From Candidatus Eiseniibacteriota bacterium (GTDB lineage Bacteria > Eisenbacteria > RBG-16-71-46): a stretch of 50,715 bases of DNA. Both the position numbers and the translations under genes were made by a program. The notes under the pieces were generated by a model. That model was not told the DNA's origin, did no database searches, and worked only from the letters and a program-made list of their open reading frames with translations. The DNA lies in NCBI GenBank assembly GCA_036522895.1, contig DATDEX010000425.1, forward strand, positions 1-50,715. The letters are read 5' to 3'. This document shows, one piece after another, positions 23,622 through 35,600 of this stretch; positions within the stretch are counted from its first letter, which is position 1, and the number at the start of each line of letters is the position of its first letter.

Positions 23622-26600
23622 TTAGTACCGGCTCTGCGCGCGCAGGAACCAGCCGCGCGAGGTGTCCTGGTTGCGGACCAGCGGATCGCCGGAGAACCGG
23701 CTGAAGTTGTAGCCGATCCCGAAGCGCACGTGCTGGCCCGGATCGTACGAGAGCTCCTGCAGCCAGCCGCCACGCGTGTCCGCGGCCTCGCGCTGCTCGA
23801 GCAGGCGATACTCGACCCCCAGCCGGAACGGCTGCTGGGCGATGCGATAGTCGAGCCGGCTCGCCCACATCGTGCTGTGCGCGGTGCCGAGCGGCAGGCC
23901 GCTCCTCCCGCTCTGGTCCAGCCGGGCGGCACCCTTCGCCGCCCACTCGAGGCCGGGGAACACGCGAACGGTCGCCTCGAGCGCCGCCACCCCGAGCACG
24001 GACGCGGTCCCGAGCGAATCCCCCGGCTCCGGCCCGCGGCGGTCGGCGAGGCGCGTCCAGCGGCCGAGCGCCTGGACGGCGTCCGAGCGCGGCGCACGCC
24101 AGGCGAGGCCGACGCTGCTCTCCGTGAACCGGTTCGGCGTCGTGTACATCTGCTCCAGTCGCCGCGACATGCTCATGCGCAGGTCGGTGAGCACGGTGAA
24201 GCCGCTCGGGAGCGCCAGCTCGAGGCGCGTCGCGGACAGCATCTGCCGGCTGTAGGTGCTTCCGAGCATGCGCCGCGCCTCCGCCCGGCTCGAGCCCGAG
24301 AGCGGCGAGTTGCCCTTGTACGCGATCTGGCCGGAGATCGTGCCGTGCTGGCCCGAGTCCCCGCCACGCGTGCCGTGCTCGCCCGCGACGTTGAGCGAGA
24401 GACCCTCGGCGTTGTGCCAGCCCTGCTCGATGCCCGTGACCGACACCCCGTGATCTCCGAGCGGGTCGCGCTGCCACTGGTATTCCGAGTAGACCCGGCT
24501 CTCCGGGCCGAGCGGAGCCTGCATGCCGAACAGCGTCCCGCCGCGGAGTCCCGTCGTCGACTGCGCCTGCTCCTCGCGCACGTAGAACTGCCGCGCGCCG
24601 ACGCTCATCGTCGCGCCGCCGCGGATCGTCTTGCCCTGGTCGCCGGTGGAGCCGCGCGCCTCGAGTGCCAGCGTCGGCAGCGCCCGCCACTCGAGCGCGA
24701 GCGCGGACTGGCTCGCCTTCTCGCCGGCGAACGTCTGCTGGTGCTCCACCGTGGTCTTCACGCGCTCGACGGGCTTCCACCAGAGCCGCATCGCCCCGGT
24801 GCTGTTCTTGTCCGTCGGGTCGAGCACGCGCGTCGTGTTGCGCTGCTCGAACTCCGTCGCCGCGCCGGTCCGCGCGCCGTCCACCCGCCACTGCATGCCG
24901 TAGACGTCGGTGCCGTCGATCTGGCCCAGCTGGTTCATCTCCGGCCGCGTCTCGCGGTCGAATCGGCCCGAGAGGAGGCCGTACCGGCCCGCGCTCAGCT
25001 GGCCGCGTACGCCGGAGCGATCGAGCGCCACGCCCGCCCGCTCGCCGTCGCTCAAGAAACCGGCGTCGACGCGACGCACGTAGCCGCTCACCGAGGCGAG
25101 GCCCGGCCGGTGGAGCCATTGGCCGAGGTCCACCTCGGCGGCGGTCTTCCAGGCCAGCCCCTCGTTCGTGTTGGCGGAGTCCGCCTCGTTCCACGCCAGC
25201 CCGCCGTCGGTACTGACGAACGAACGGCCGGTGTGGCCGTGGCTCGTCGCGAGCTCGCCGAGCAGGCGAGTGCCGTGCCCCATGTTGAGCGTGAGGTCGG
25301 TGCCGCGCAGGCGGTAGTCGCCGTCACCCGAGCGATCGTCCACGACGGTCGAGCCGAGCGTGAGCTTGTCGCCCACGTTCTGGGTGATGCGGCCGCCGGC
25401 GGCGGTCTTCTCGCCGCCGTGGCCGGCGGTCTCGTAGTCGACCTCGATCGTCACCGGGTGGCCCTGGAGCCGGCCGCTCCCGATCACACCGCCGTCGTCC
25501 CAGACGCTGGCGATCGGACGCGTGAACTGCACCCGGCCCTCGAACTCCTTCACCACGACGTCGATGCCGGAGCGCTGCGGAACGCGCGCGAGCTGGAGCC
25601 CGGTGTTGCGATCGCGAACGACCAGCGTGACCTGCGCGCTCCCCTCCAGCACGTCGCCGTGGCTCAGGTAGTAGAGCGTGCCGCCCGTGGCCTCGAGCAC
25701 GTCGTGCACGTGCACGTGGGATGCCTCGGCGCCGAACAGCGCCACCGAGGTGCCGCTCGCGATGTTCTGCACGCCGGCGGCCTTGCCGAAGCCCATCTGC
25801 GCACCGTAGAGCGTGCGGTGGAAGCCCGCGAGCTCGACGTCGTTCAACGCGATCGGGAAGTTGCCGAGCGAAGCGCGCACCGCCTCGCCCTGGAGGCCGA
25901 CGTAGAGCCGGCCGCCGGAGAGGCTGCTGTTCTGGACCGAGCCGGAGTCCCCGAAGACCGGGTACAGGCGATCCGGGTCGAGGTTCGTGAGCAGCCGGTC
26001 GCGGCCGGCGTCGTCCAGGTTCTTGAACAGCGAGTTGAAGTCGCGCCGCCGCGAGTCGAACGCCGACGTGACCAGGTAGCGGCCGGAGATCCAGCCGCGC
26101 AGGTTCCACGCCAGCCGGCCCTCGGTGTAGGTCTCCTTGTCGCCACCGGGGCGCAGGAACGCGGCGCCGCTCGAGCGGCCCACGACCCCGTCCGCGAGGC
26201 CGACGAGGAACATCTGCGGCGAGCGCACCTCGAGGTCGCGCTCGATCGACGACGTGCGGCCCTTGTCGTCCACGACGCTCACGTCGAGGTGGTTGTTGCC
26301 CTCTGCGAGCATCAGGCGGTGGCTGAACGAGCCGTCGCCGTTCACCGCCACGGTGTCGCGGTTGACGACGAGGCGGTAGCCGGCGTGCGTGTGGCCCGCG
26401 AGCGTGAGCGCCGGCGACTTGAGCGCGACACCCTTGGGGGGCAGGAACAGGCTCAGCTCGGGGATGGCATCCACCGCCACGACCGGCGTGCCGTCCGCCT
26501 CGCGGTCCGCGACCTGCACGGTCACGTGCGTGAGGTTGCTCATCCCCGTGGCGTCGTGCGCCATGACGGAGATCGTGTTCTCCCCGACATGGAGCGCGAC

Positions 26601-29600
26601 CTGGGAGGTGAATCCGCCATCGGCGCCGACCGCGACCTTGCGGCCGTTCACCTCGACCACCGCGGAGGAGTCCGTGCGCCCGCGCACCTGCGTCCACGCC
26701 ACGGGCCGATCGCCCGCCGCGCCGTCCGTGCTCGCGAGCGGGACGCCGCCGCCGCTGGAATCCGCGGCGTGGCTCGCCAGCTTCACGTCCGCCGAGGCCT
26801 GGCCGAACGGCAACCGGACCTCGCCGCGAGGCGAGAGGATGTCGAGTCGGGGCAGGCGGACGTGCCCGGCGGAGACCCGGCCGAGGTTGTCCACGAGCGC
26901 CACCTCGAGCGTGTCACCGCCCGGATGGGGCACCGACGTCGCGAACCGGCCGGCCCGGTCCACGGGGACCGCGAGCGAGCCCAGTCGCACCGCCGGGTAG
27001 TGCGGCGCGAACGCCGGCGGCGTCACGGTGGTGCCCGTCGCGTGCACCGGGATCGTGATGCCGTTGATCGTCAGCTCGGAGTGCGTCGTGTTGCCCGCGA
27101 GGTCGAGGATGCCCTCGGGCTCGGTGGCGGACACGGCGAGGCCGTTGCCGCCGGCGCGTCCCACCGCGACGGTGTCGCGCGGGAACGCCACGCCGAAGCG
27201 CACGCTCGAGAGGAGACCGGGCGCGATCGTCACCAGCGTCGAAGCGTCCGTCGTGGGAATCGCGGCGGCGCCGAGCCCGGGCACGTCGAGCTTGACCGCG
27301 CGCGGGCCGGATTCGAGGTCCGGCACGTGGAACATGCCCATCGCGTCGGTCGTCACCGAGGTGCCGTCGTCCATCACCACGCGCGCGCCGGCGATGCCAG
27401 GCTCGTTCGCGGCCTGCTGCCCGTCCCGGTTCTTGTCCTCGAAGACGCGGCCGAGCAGCGTGCTGCGCGTGAAGAGCTCGTTGTCCTCGACGTGGACCAC
27501 CGCGGACACCGGGACCGCCGACGAGCAGGTATCGCAGCCGCTCGTGGCGCTCACCCGGTCCAGGTAGCTCCCCGACGAAGCGCCGGCGCCGGCCACGAGC
27601 TGCCAGCGGAACTCCGCGTAGCCGGGCTCCCCGGGACCCGCGATGCCGTCCCCGTTCCGGTCCACGAACCCGTCGAGGTGCGCGAGCGGCAGCGTCTGCA
27701 CGGGGCCGCCCTGGTCGGCGATCACCTGGCCGTTCCGCATGAGCGTGCCCTTGATCGCGGCGAAGCGGACGGGCAGCGTGTGGGTGAGCGTGATGGCGTC
27801 GATCGGCAGTGAAGTGCGGTTGCGCACGCTCAGCCGGAAGCCGACGGGCTGGCCCTGCTGGACCTTGTCGCGGTCGGGTACCAGCTCGAGCACGATGTTC
27901 GAGCCGTCCTGGTCGTCGCGGTTCACGAGGCTCACGTCGGCCGGATCGAGTCCCGCGTATTCCGGATCGGCGCTCTGGACGACACCGTTCGCGACCTGGT
28001 AGGGCACATCGCCGTCGGGGAGCGCGTCGTCCACGCCCGTGACGGTCACGACCTGCGGCGTGTTCCAGTCGCCCGGGCTGAACGTGAGGCTCGGCGCGGA
28101 CACGATGCCCTCGCTGACGTCGCTGCTCGTGATCGGGATCACGACGTCGGCCGTGGGCTGGCTCCGGAGCACGACGCTGTAGGTGGCGGTGCCCCCCGCC
28201 TCGGTCGTCACGAGGCCCGCGACCGGGGAGACGAACACGCCGATCGAATCGTCGTCCGTGTTGCTCGCCGAGACGTCCGCGGGGTCGAGGCCGGCGTAGC
28301 GGGCGTCGGTGCTGGCCGCGGCGCCGGTGACTATCGTGTAGGCGATCGTTCCGTCGACCACGGCATCGTTGACGCCGCGGACCGTGACCGTCTGCGGGGC
28401 GCTCCAGTTCGCGGACGTGAACGTGAGGCTCGCGGTGGACACGGTGCCCTCGGCCGGGTTGCTGCTCGAGAGCGGGATCGTCACGTCGGCGGTGGGCTGG
28501 CTCGTGAGCACCACGAAGAACGCCGCGGCCCCTCCCGCCTCGCTCGTGACCAGACCGGCGACCGGGTTGACCGTGATCCCCGCGGCGTCGTTGTCCGTGT
28601 TGCTCGCCGACACGTCGGCCGGATCCATGCCGTTGTAGACCGGGTCCGCGCTCGCGGCCGCACCGGTCACGATCGTGTAGGCGATGTTGCCGTCCTGGAC
28701 CTGGTCGTCGACACCGGTGACCGTGACGGTCCGGGCGACGTTCCAGTTGGCGGCGGTGAACGTGAGGCTCGCGGGCGAGACGCTGCCCTCGGCCGGGTTG
28801 CTGCTCGAGATCGGGATCACCACGTTCGCAGTCGGCTGGGTCTGGAGCCGCACGGTGAACGTGGCGGTCCCGCCCCACTCGGCCGTGACCAGGCCGGCCG
28901 TCGGCGTCACGGTGATGCCCGCGACGTCGTTGTCCGTGTTGGTCGCGGAGACGTCCGCGGGATCGACGCCGGCGTAAACCGGGTCGGCGCTCGCGGCCGG
29001 GGAGAGCACGATGGTGTACGCCACGTCGCCGTCCTTCACCTGGTCGTCGACGCCCGTGACGGTGACGGTCTGGGCGACGTTCCAGCTCGCCGCGGTGAAC
29101 GTGAGGCTCGCGGCCGAGACGCTGCCTTCAGCCGGGTTGCTGCTCGCGATCGGGATCGTCACGTCGGCCGTCGGCTGGCTGAAGAGCCTGACCGTGAAGC
29201 TCGCGGTGCCGCCGGCCTCGGTCGTCACGAGGCCCGCGACGGGCGTCACGCTGACGCCCGAGGCGTCGTTGTCCGTGTTCGTGGCCGCCACGTCGGCGGC
29301 GTCCATTCCGGAGTAGCGCGGGTCGCTGCTCGTCGCGGCCGCGAGCACGATCGTGTAGGCGATGTCGCCGTCCTTCACCTGGTCGTCGACGCCCGTGACC
29401 GTGACGGTCTGGGCCGTGTTCCAGTTCGCCGCGGTGAACGTGAGGCTCGACGTCGACGCGGTCCCCTCGGCCGGCTTGCTGCTCGTGACCGGGATCACCA
29501 CGTTCGCCGTGGGCTGGCTCGTGAGCACGACCGTGAACGTCGCGGTGCCGCCGGCCTCGGTCGTCACGAGGCCCGCGGTCGGCGTGACCGTGATGCCCGC

Positions 29601-32600
29601 GACGTCGTTGTCGGTGTTCGTGGCCGAGACGTCGGCCGGGTCCATGCCGGCGTAGCGCGGATCGGCGCTCGCCGCCGCGGCGAGCACGACCGTGTACGCC
29701 ACGTCCCCGTCCTGCACCTGATCGTCGACGCCGGTGAGCGTGACGGGCTGGGCGACGCTCCAGTTCGCGGCGGTGAACGTGAGGCTCGCGGTCGAGACCG
29801 CGCCCTCGGCGGGGTTGCCGCTCGTGACCGGGATCGCCACGTTCGCCGTGGGCTGGCTCGTGAGCACGACCGTGAACGTCGCGGTGCCGCCGGCCTCGGT
29901 CGTCACGAGGCCCGCGGTCGGCGTGACCGTGATGCCCGCGACGTCGTTGTCGGTGTTGCTCGCGGAGACGTCGGCCGGGTCCATGCCGGCGTAGCGCGGG
30001 TCGCCGCTGGCCGCGGCGGCGAGCTGGATCGTGTAGGCGATGTTGCCGTCCTGGACCTGGTCGTCGACGCCAGTGACCGTGACGGTCTGGGCGACGTTCC
30101 AGTTGGCCGTGCTGAACGTGAGGCTCGCGGTCGAGACCGTGCCCTCGGCCGGGTTGCTGCTCGCGACCGGGATCGCGACGCTCGCGGTCGGCTGGCTGTT
30201 GAGGCGCACCGTGAAGCTGGCGGTCCCGCCGGCCTCGGTCGTCACGAGGCCCGTGGTCGGCGTGACCGTGATGCCCGCGGCGTCGTTGTCGGTGTTCGTC
30301 ACCGACACGTCGGCCGGGTTCGTGCCGGAATAGCGCGGATCGGTGCTCGTCGCCGCGCCGAGGACGATCGTGTAGGCGATGTTGCCGTCCTGGACCTGGT
30401 CGTCGACGCCCGTGACGGTGACGGTCCGGGCAACGTTCCAGTTCGCGGCGGTGAACGTGAGGCTCGGGGCCGAGACGGTGCCCTCGGCCGGGTTGCTGCT
30501 CGCGACCGGGATCACCACGTTCGCCGTCGGCTGGCTGTCCAGGCGCACCGTGAACGTCGCCGTGCCGCCGCTCTCCGTCGTCACGAGCCCGGCGGTCGGC
30601 GCGACCGAGATCCCGGCCGTGTCGTCGTCGAGGTTCGTCACGGCCACGTCGGCGGCGTTCCGGCCGCTGTAGTTCGGGTCCGTGCTGGTCGCGGCGGCGG
30701 TCGCGATCGTGTACGCGATGTCGCCGTCGTCGAGCGCGTCGTCGATGCCCGTGACGGTGGCGGTCTGGGGCACGTTCCAGTTCGCGGCGGTGAACGTGAG
30801 GCCCGCCGGGGCCACCCTGCCCTCGGTGGGGTCCGCGCTCGAGAGCCCGATCGAGACGTCGGCCGTGGGCTGGCTCGTGAGCACGACCGTGAACGAGGCG
30901 GTGCCCCCGGCCTCGGTCGTCACGAGGCCGGCGACCGGCGTGACCGTGATGCCCGCGACGTCGTTGTCGGTGTTCGTGACCGCGACGTCCGCGGGGTCCT
31001 GTCCGGAGTACTTCGCGTCGCCGCTCGCGGCGGCGGCGAGGACGATCGTGTAGGCGATGCTGCCATCCTGCACCTGGTCGTCGACGCCCGTGACCGTGAC
31101 CGTTTGCGGGGTGTTCCAGTCCGCCGCGGTGAATGTGAGCGTCGCCGCGGACGGCACGCCCTCCGCGGGCTTGCTGCTCGAGACCGGAATCACCACGTTC
31201 GCGGTCGGCTGGCTGTTCAGCCGCACGGTGAACGTGGCGGTGCCCCCGGCTTCCGTCGTCACGAGCCCGGCGGTGGGCGTGACCGTGGTGCCGGCCGTGT
31301 CGTCGTCCCGGTTCGTCGCGGAGACGTCGGCGGCGTCGGCGCCGCTGTAGTTGGGATCGGTGCTCGTGGCAGCCCCGGTGGCGAGCGTGTAGACGACGTC
31401 GCCGTCGTCGACCGCGTCGTCCACGCCCGTCACCGTGATCGTCTGCGGAATGCTCCAGTTCGCGGTCGTGAACGTCACGCTCGCCGGCGCGACCGAGCCC
31501 TCTGCGGGGTTGCTGCTCGAGACCGGGATCACCACGTTGGCCGTGGGCTGGCTCCCGAGCACGATCGTGAACGTCGCGGTGCCGCCGGCCTCCGTGGTCA
31601 CGAGGCCGGTGAGCGGGGCGACGGTGATGCCGGGCGCGTCGTCGTCGGAGTTCGAGACCGCGACGTCCGCGGCATCCCGGCCGGAGTAATTCGCGTCGCT
31701 GCTCGTCGCGGCGGCGAGCACGACGTGGTAGGCCACGTTGCCGTCGGCGATCGCGTCGTCGACGCCGGTGACCGTGACCGTCTGTGGCTGGTTCCAGTCC
31801 GCGGGCGTGAACGTCAGCGAGGCCGGGGCGGCGACGCCCTCGGTCGCATCGTCGCTCGCGACCGGGATCACGACGTCGGCGGCGGGCTTCGAGTCGAGCC
31901 GCACGGTGAACGTGGCGGTGCCGCCGGCTTCCGTCGTCACGAGCCCGGCGGTCGGGGCGACCGTGATGCCCGCGACATCGTTGTCCGTGTTGGTCGCGCT
32001 CACGTCGGCGCCGTCCTTCCCCGCGTAGACGGGGTCGGAGCTCGTCGCGGGCTCGACCGCGACCGTGTAGGCGACGTCGCCGTCCACCGCGGGGTCGTCG
32101 ACGCCGGTGACCGTGACGGTCTGCGGCGCGTTCCAGTCGGAAGCCGTGAACGTGAGGCTCGCCGGGGAGACACTGCCCTCGGCGGGGTTGCCGCTCGAGA
32201 CCGGGATCACCACGTCCGCGACCGGCTGGCTCGTGAGCCGCACGGTGAACGTCGCGGTGCCGCCGGCCTCGCTCGTCACGAGGCCCGCCGTGGGCGTGAC
32301 CGTGATGCCCGCTACGTCGTTGTCGGTGTTCGTGACCGCGACGTCGGCGGGGTCCTGCCCGGCGTAGTTGGGGTCGGCGCTGGTCGCGGCGGCGAGCACG
32401 ATGGTGTACGGCCGGTCGCCGTCCTGGACCGCGTCGTCGACCCCGGTGACTGTGACGGTCTGGGGCGTACTCCAGTCGGACGCCGTGAACGTCAGGCTCG
32501 CCGGCGCCGAGGTCCCTTCCGCGGCGTCGCTCGAGGCGACCGCCACCGCGACGTCCGCGGTGGGCTGGCTCGTGAGCACGACCGTGAACGTCGCCGTGCC

Positions 32601-35600
32601 GCCCGCCTCGGTCGTCACCAGCCCCGCCGTGGGCGAGACGGTGATGCCCGCGGCGTCGTTGTCGGTGTTCGTGACCGCGACGTCCGCGGGATCCTGCCCG
32701 GCATAGCCGGCGTCCGCGCTCGTCGCGGCGGCGAGCACGATGTGGTAGCCGACGGTGCCGTCGGCGACGAAGTCGTCCGCGCCGGTGACCGTGACCGTCT
32801 GCGGCGTGCTCCAGTCGGCCGCCGTGAACGTCAGGCTCGCCGGGGCGGCCGTGCCCTCCGTGGCGTCGTCGCTCGCGACCGCGATGGAGACGTTCGCCGT
32901 GGGCTGGCTCGCGAGCTTCACGGTGAACGTCGCCGTCCCCCCCGCCTCGCTGGTGACGAGGCCGGCCGTGGGCGTCACGTCGACGCCGACGGCGTCGTTG
33001 TCGGTGTTGGAGGCGCCGACGTCCGCGGGGTCGTAGCCCGAGTAGTGCGGATCGGAGCTCGTCCCCGCGCCGATCGTGATGGTATAGGCCACGGTGCCGT
33101 CGGCGACGAAGTCGTCCGCGCCCGTCACCGTGACGGTCTGCGGGACGTTCCAGTCGGCGGCCGTGAACGTGAGGCAGGCCGGGGCGGCCGTGCCCTCGCT
33201 CGCATTGCTGCTCGAGACGGGGAACGTGACGTCCGCCGAGGGCTGGCTCGTGAGCACGAGCGTGAAGGTCGCCGTCCCGCCGGCTTCGCTCGTCACGAGG
33301 CCCGCCGTGGGCGTCGGCGTGGCGCCCGCCACGTCGTCGTCGGTGTTCGTGACGCCCACGTCGGCGGGGTCGTAGCCCGTGTAGCCGGCGTCGGCGCTCG
33401 CGACCGCGCCGGTGACGATCGTGTAGGCCTGATCGCCGTCGACCGCGGAATCGTCGACGCCCGTCACGGTGACCGTCTGGGGCACGTTCCAGTCCGCCGA
33501 CGTGAACGTGAGGCTTGCCGGGGACACGGTGCCCTCGGCCGGGCGACTGCTCGTGAGCGTGAAGCTCGCGTCGGCGGACGGCTTGCTCGTCAGCCGGGCG
33601 GTGAACGTCGCGGTTCCGCCCGCCTCGGTGGTGACGAGGCCCGCGCCCGGCGTCAGCGTGACGCCGACCCCGTCGTCGTCCGTGTTCGTGACCCCCACGT
33701 CGGCGGCATCCAGCCCGGAATAGTGCACGTCGGCGCTGGTGGCGGCGCCGGTCGTCACGTTGTAGGCCTGGTTGCCGTCGGCGACGGCGTCGTCGACGCC
33801 GGTCACCGTGACCGTCTGCGGCACGTTCCAGTTGACCCCGGTGAACGTGAGGCTGGCCGGGGCGACCGTGCCCTCGGCGGTGTTCGTGCTGGCGAGCGGG
33901 AGCGAGACGTCGGCGTCGGGTTGCGTGTCGAGCCGCACCGTGAACGTCGCGGTCCCGCCGCCCTCGGTCGTGACGAGACCGGTGGTCGGCGCGACCCGGA
34001 TCCCGGCGACGTCGTTGTCGGTGTTCACCACGCTGATGTCCGCGCCGTCGCGGCCCGAGTAGTGCGAATCCGAGCTCACCGCCGGCTGGACCTGGATCAC
34101 GTAGGGCTGATCGCCGTCGATCCTGAAGTCGTCCACGCCGTGGATCGTCACGGTATGCGGCAGGTTCCAATCCGCGGGCGTGAACACGACGCTCGCCGGC
34201 GAAGGCGTGCCCTCGGCGGGCTTCGTGCTCACGAGCGGGATCGTCACCGTCGACGTGGGCTGCGACTGGAGCACGATCGTCGCCAGCGCGCTGTCGCCCG
34301 ATTCGCTCGTCACGAGCCCGGACGTCGGGCTCACGATGATCGCCGCGGCATCCGCGGCGAGCATCGCGTTGGAGAACTCCGAGGTGTTCGAGAAGTCGAG
34401 CGACGTGGCGGTCACGGTGACCGCCTCGCCGATCGCCACGTTCGCCGCGAAGGTCGTGTCGAACGGCGCGCTGCCCGCGCCGTCCGACGCCACGTCCGTC
34501 GAACCCAGGTAGCGTTCGCCCTCGCCGTTCCCGCTCGGGTCGCCCGTCGCGCTCGCGAAGTATTCGAGCCGGAACGACGAGTTGGGCTCGCTCGCGAGCG
34601 TGCCCTGCACGCGGAGCGTCGTCCCGCCCGTCCGGACCAGCGTCAGCACGGGGAAGTTCTGAAGATCGTTCGCGCCGGTGTCCGCGTCGAGCGGGTCGTT
34701 CGCCGTGATGCCGTCGTTGCCGAGGTCGATCCCCAGCGCGCCGTTCGTGCCGATCGCGTTTCCGAGGACCATGTTCCCGTTGCCCGCGGCGGGGTCGAAG
34801 GCCACGCCGGCACCGCCGTTGTGCGCGATCAGGTTGCCCTCGCCCGCGTTCACCCCGCCGATGGCGAGGTTCGAGCCCCCGAAGCCGCCCGAGACGAGCA
34901 GCCCGTGGCCGGTGTTTCCGAGCGCGAGCGAGCGGCTCGCGTCCATGCCGATCGTGTTCCCCACGAAGCGATTCGCGAAGCCGGACATGCGCACGCCCAC
35001 CCCGGTGTTGCCGGAGACGACGTTCCCATCGCCTGCGCCGGATCCGCCGATCGTGAGGTTGTCGCCGTCCACCTCGAGCCCGGCGCTCGCCGGGACCAGG
35101 CTGCCGTTCGGGATCCCCGAGGAGCCCGCGGCGTTCGTGCCCACGTAGTTGCCGCGGAGCGAGCCGCCGGACGTCGTGGACAGGACGCGGATGCCGTTCG
35201 CGCCGTTCCCCGAGACGACGTTCCGGGTCTGTGCCGTGGAGCCGCCGACGATGACGCCGTCCGCGCCCACCTGGAGGCCGTCGACATGGTTCGCGAGCGC
35301 GGCCGTGCCGGTCGGGTCGAGCCCGATCCAGTTGCCGGAGACGATCCCGCCCGCGCCGGAGATCACGACGCCGCTACCGCCGAAGCCGCCGAGCGCGAAG
35401 CCGCGCACCTCGCAGCCCGGGGCGAGGATCTCGATCCCATTGCTCCCGGCGCCGGCGGCGGTGCCGTCCACGGCCACGACCGGGGAGCTGATCCAGCCCG
35501 GCTGCCGCTGCGCGTCGAGCACGAGCGATTCGGTGATCTTGGGGAGCGCGGCGGTGAGCGCGATCCGCGCGACGCCGCCCGTAAAGTAGTTGAGCGAGGC

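Noticed and set aside
28684-34062. A series of ~85-123-aa plus-strand ORFs recurring every 339 bp (MLPSWTWSSTPVTVTV..., MPSATKSSAPVTVTV...)
   Set aside because: They are the antisense mirror of the 19 tandem repeat units inside the giant gene. Their periodicity is inherited from the sense-strand repeat, so they are not a gene family.
27903-34343. Possible CRISPR array or satellite because of the regular repeats
   Set aside because: The period is 339 bp with no unique spacers. The repeats are diverged copies of a protein domain, in frame within a continuous ORF. There are no cas genes in the window.
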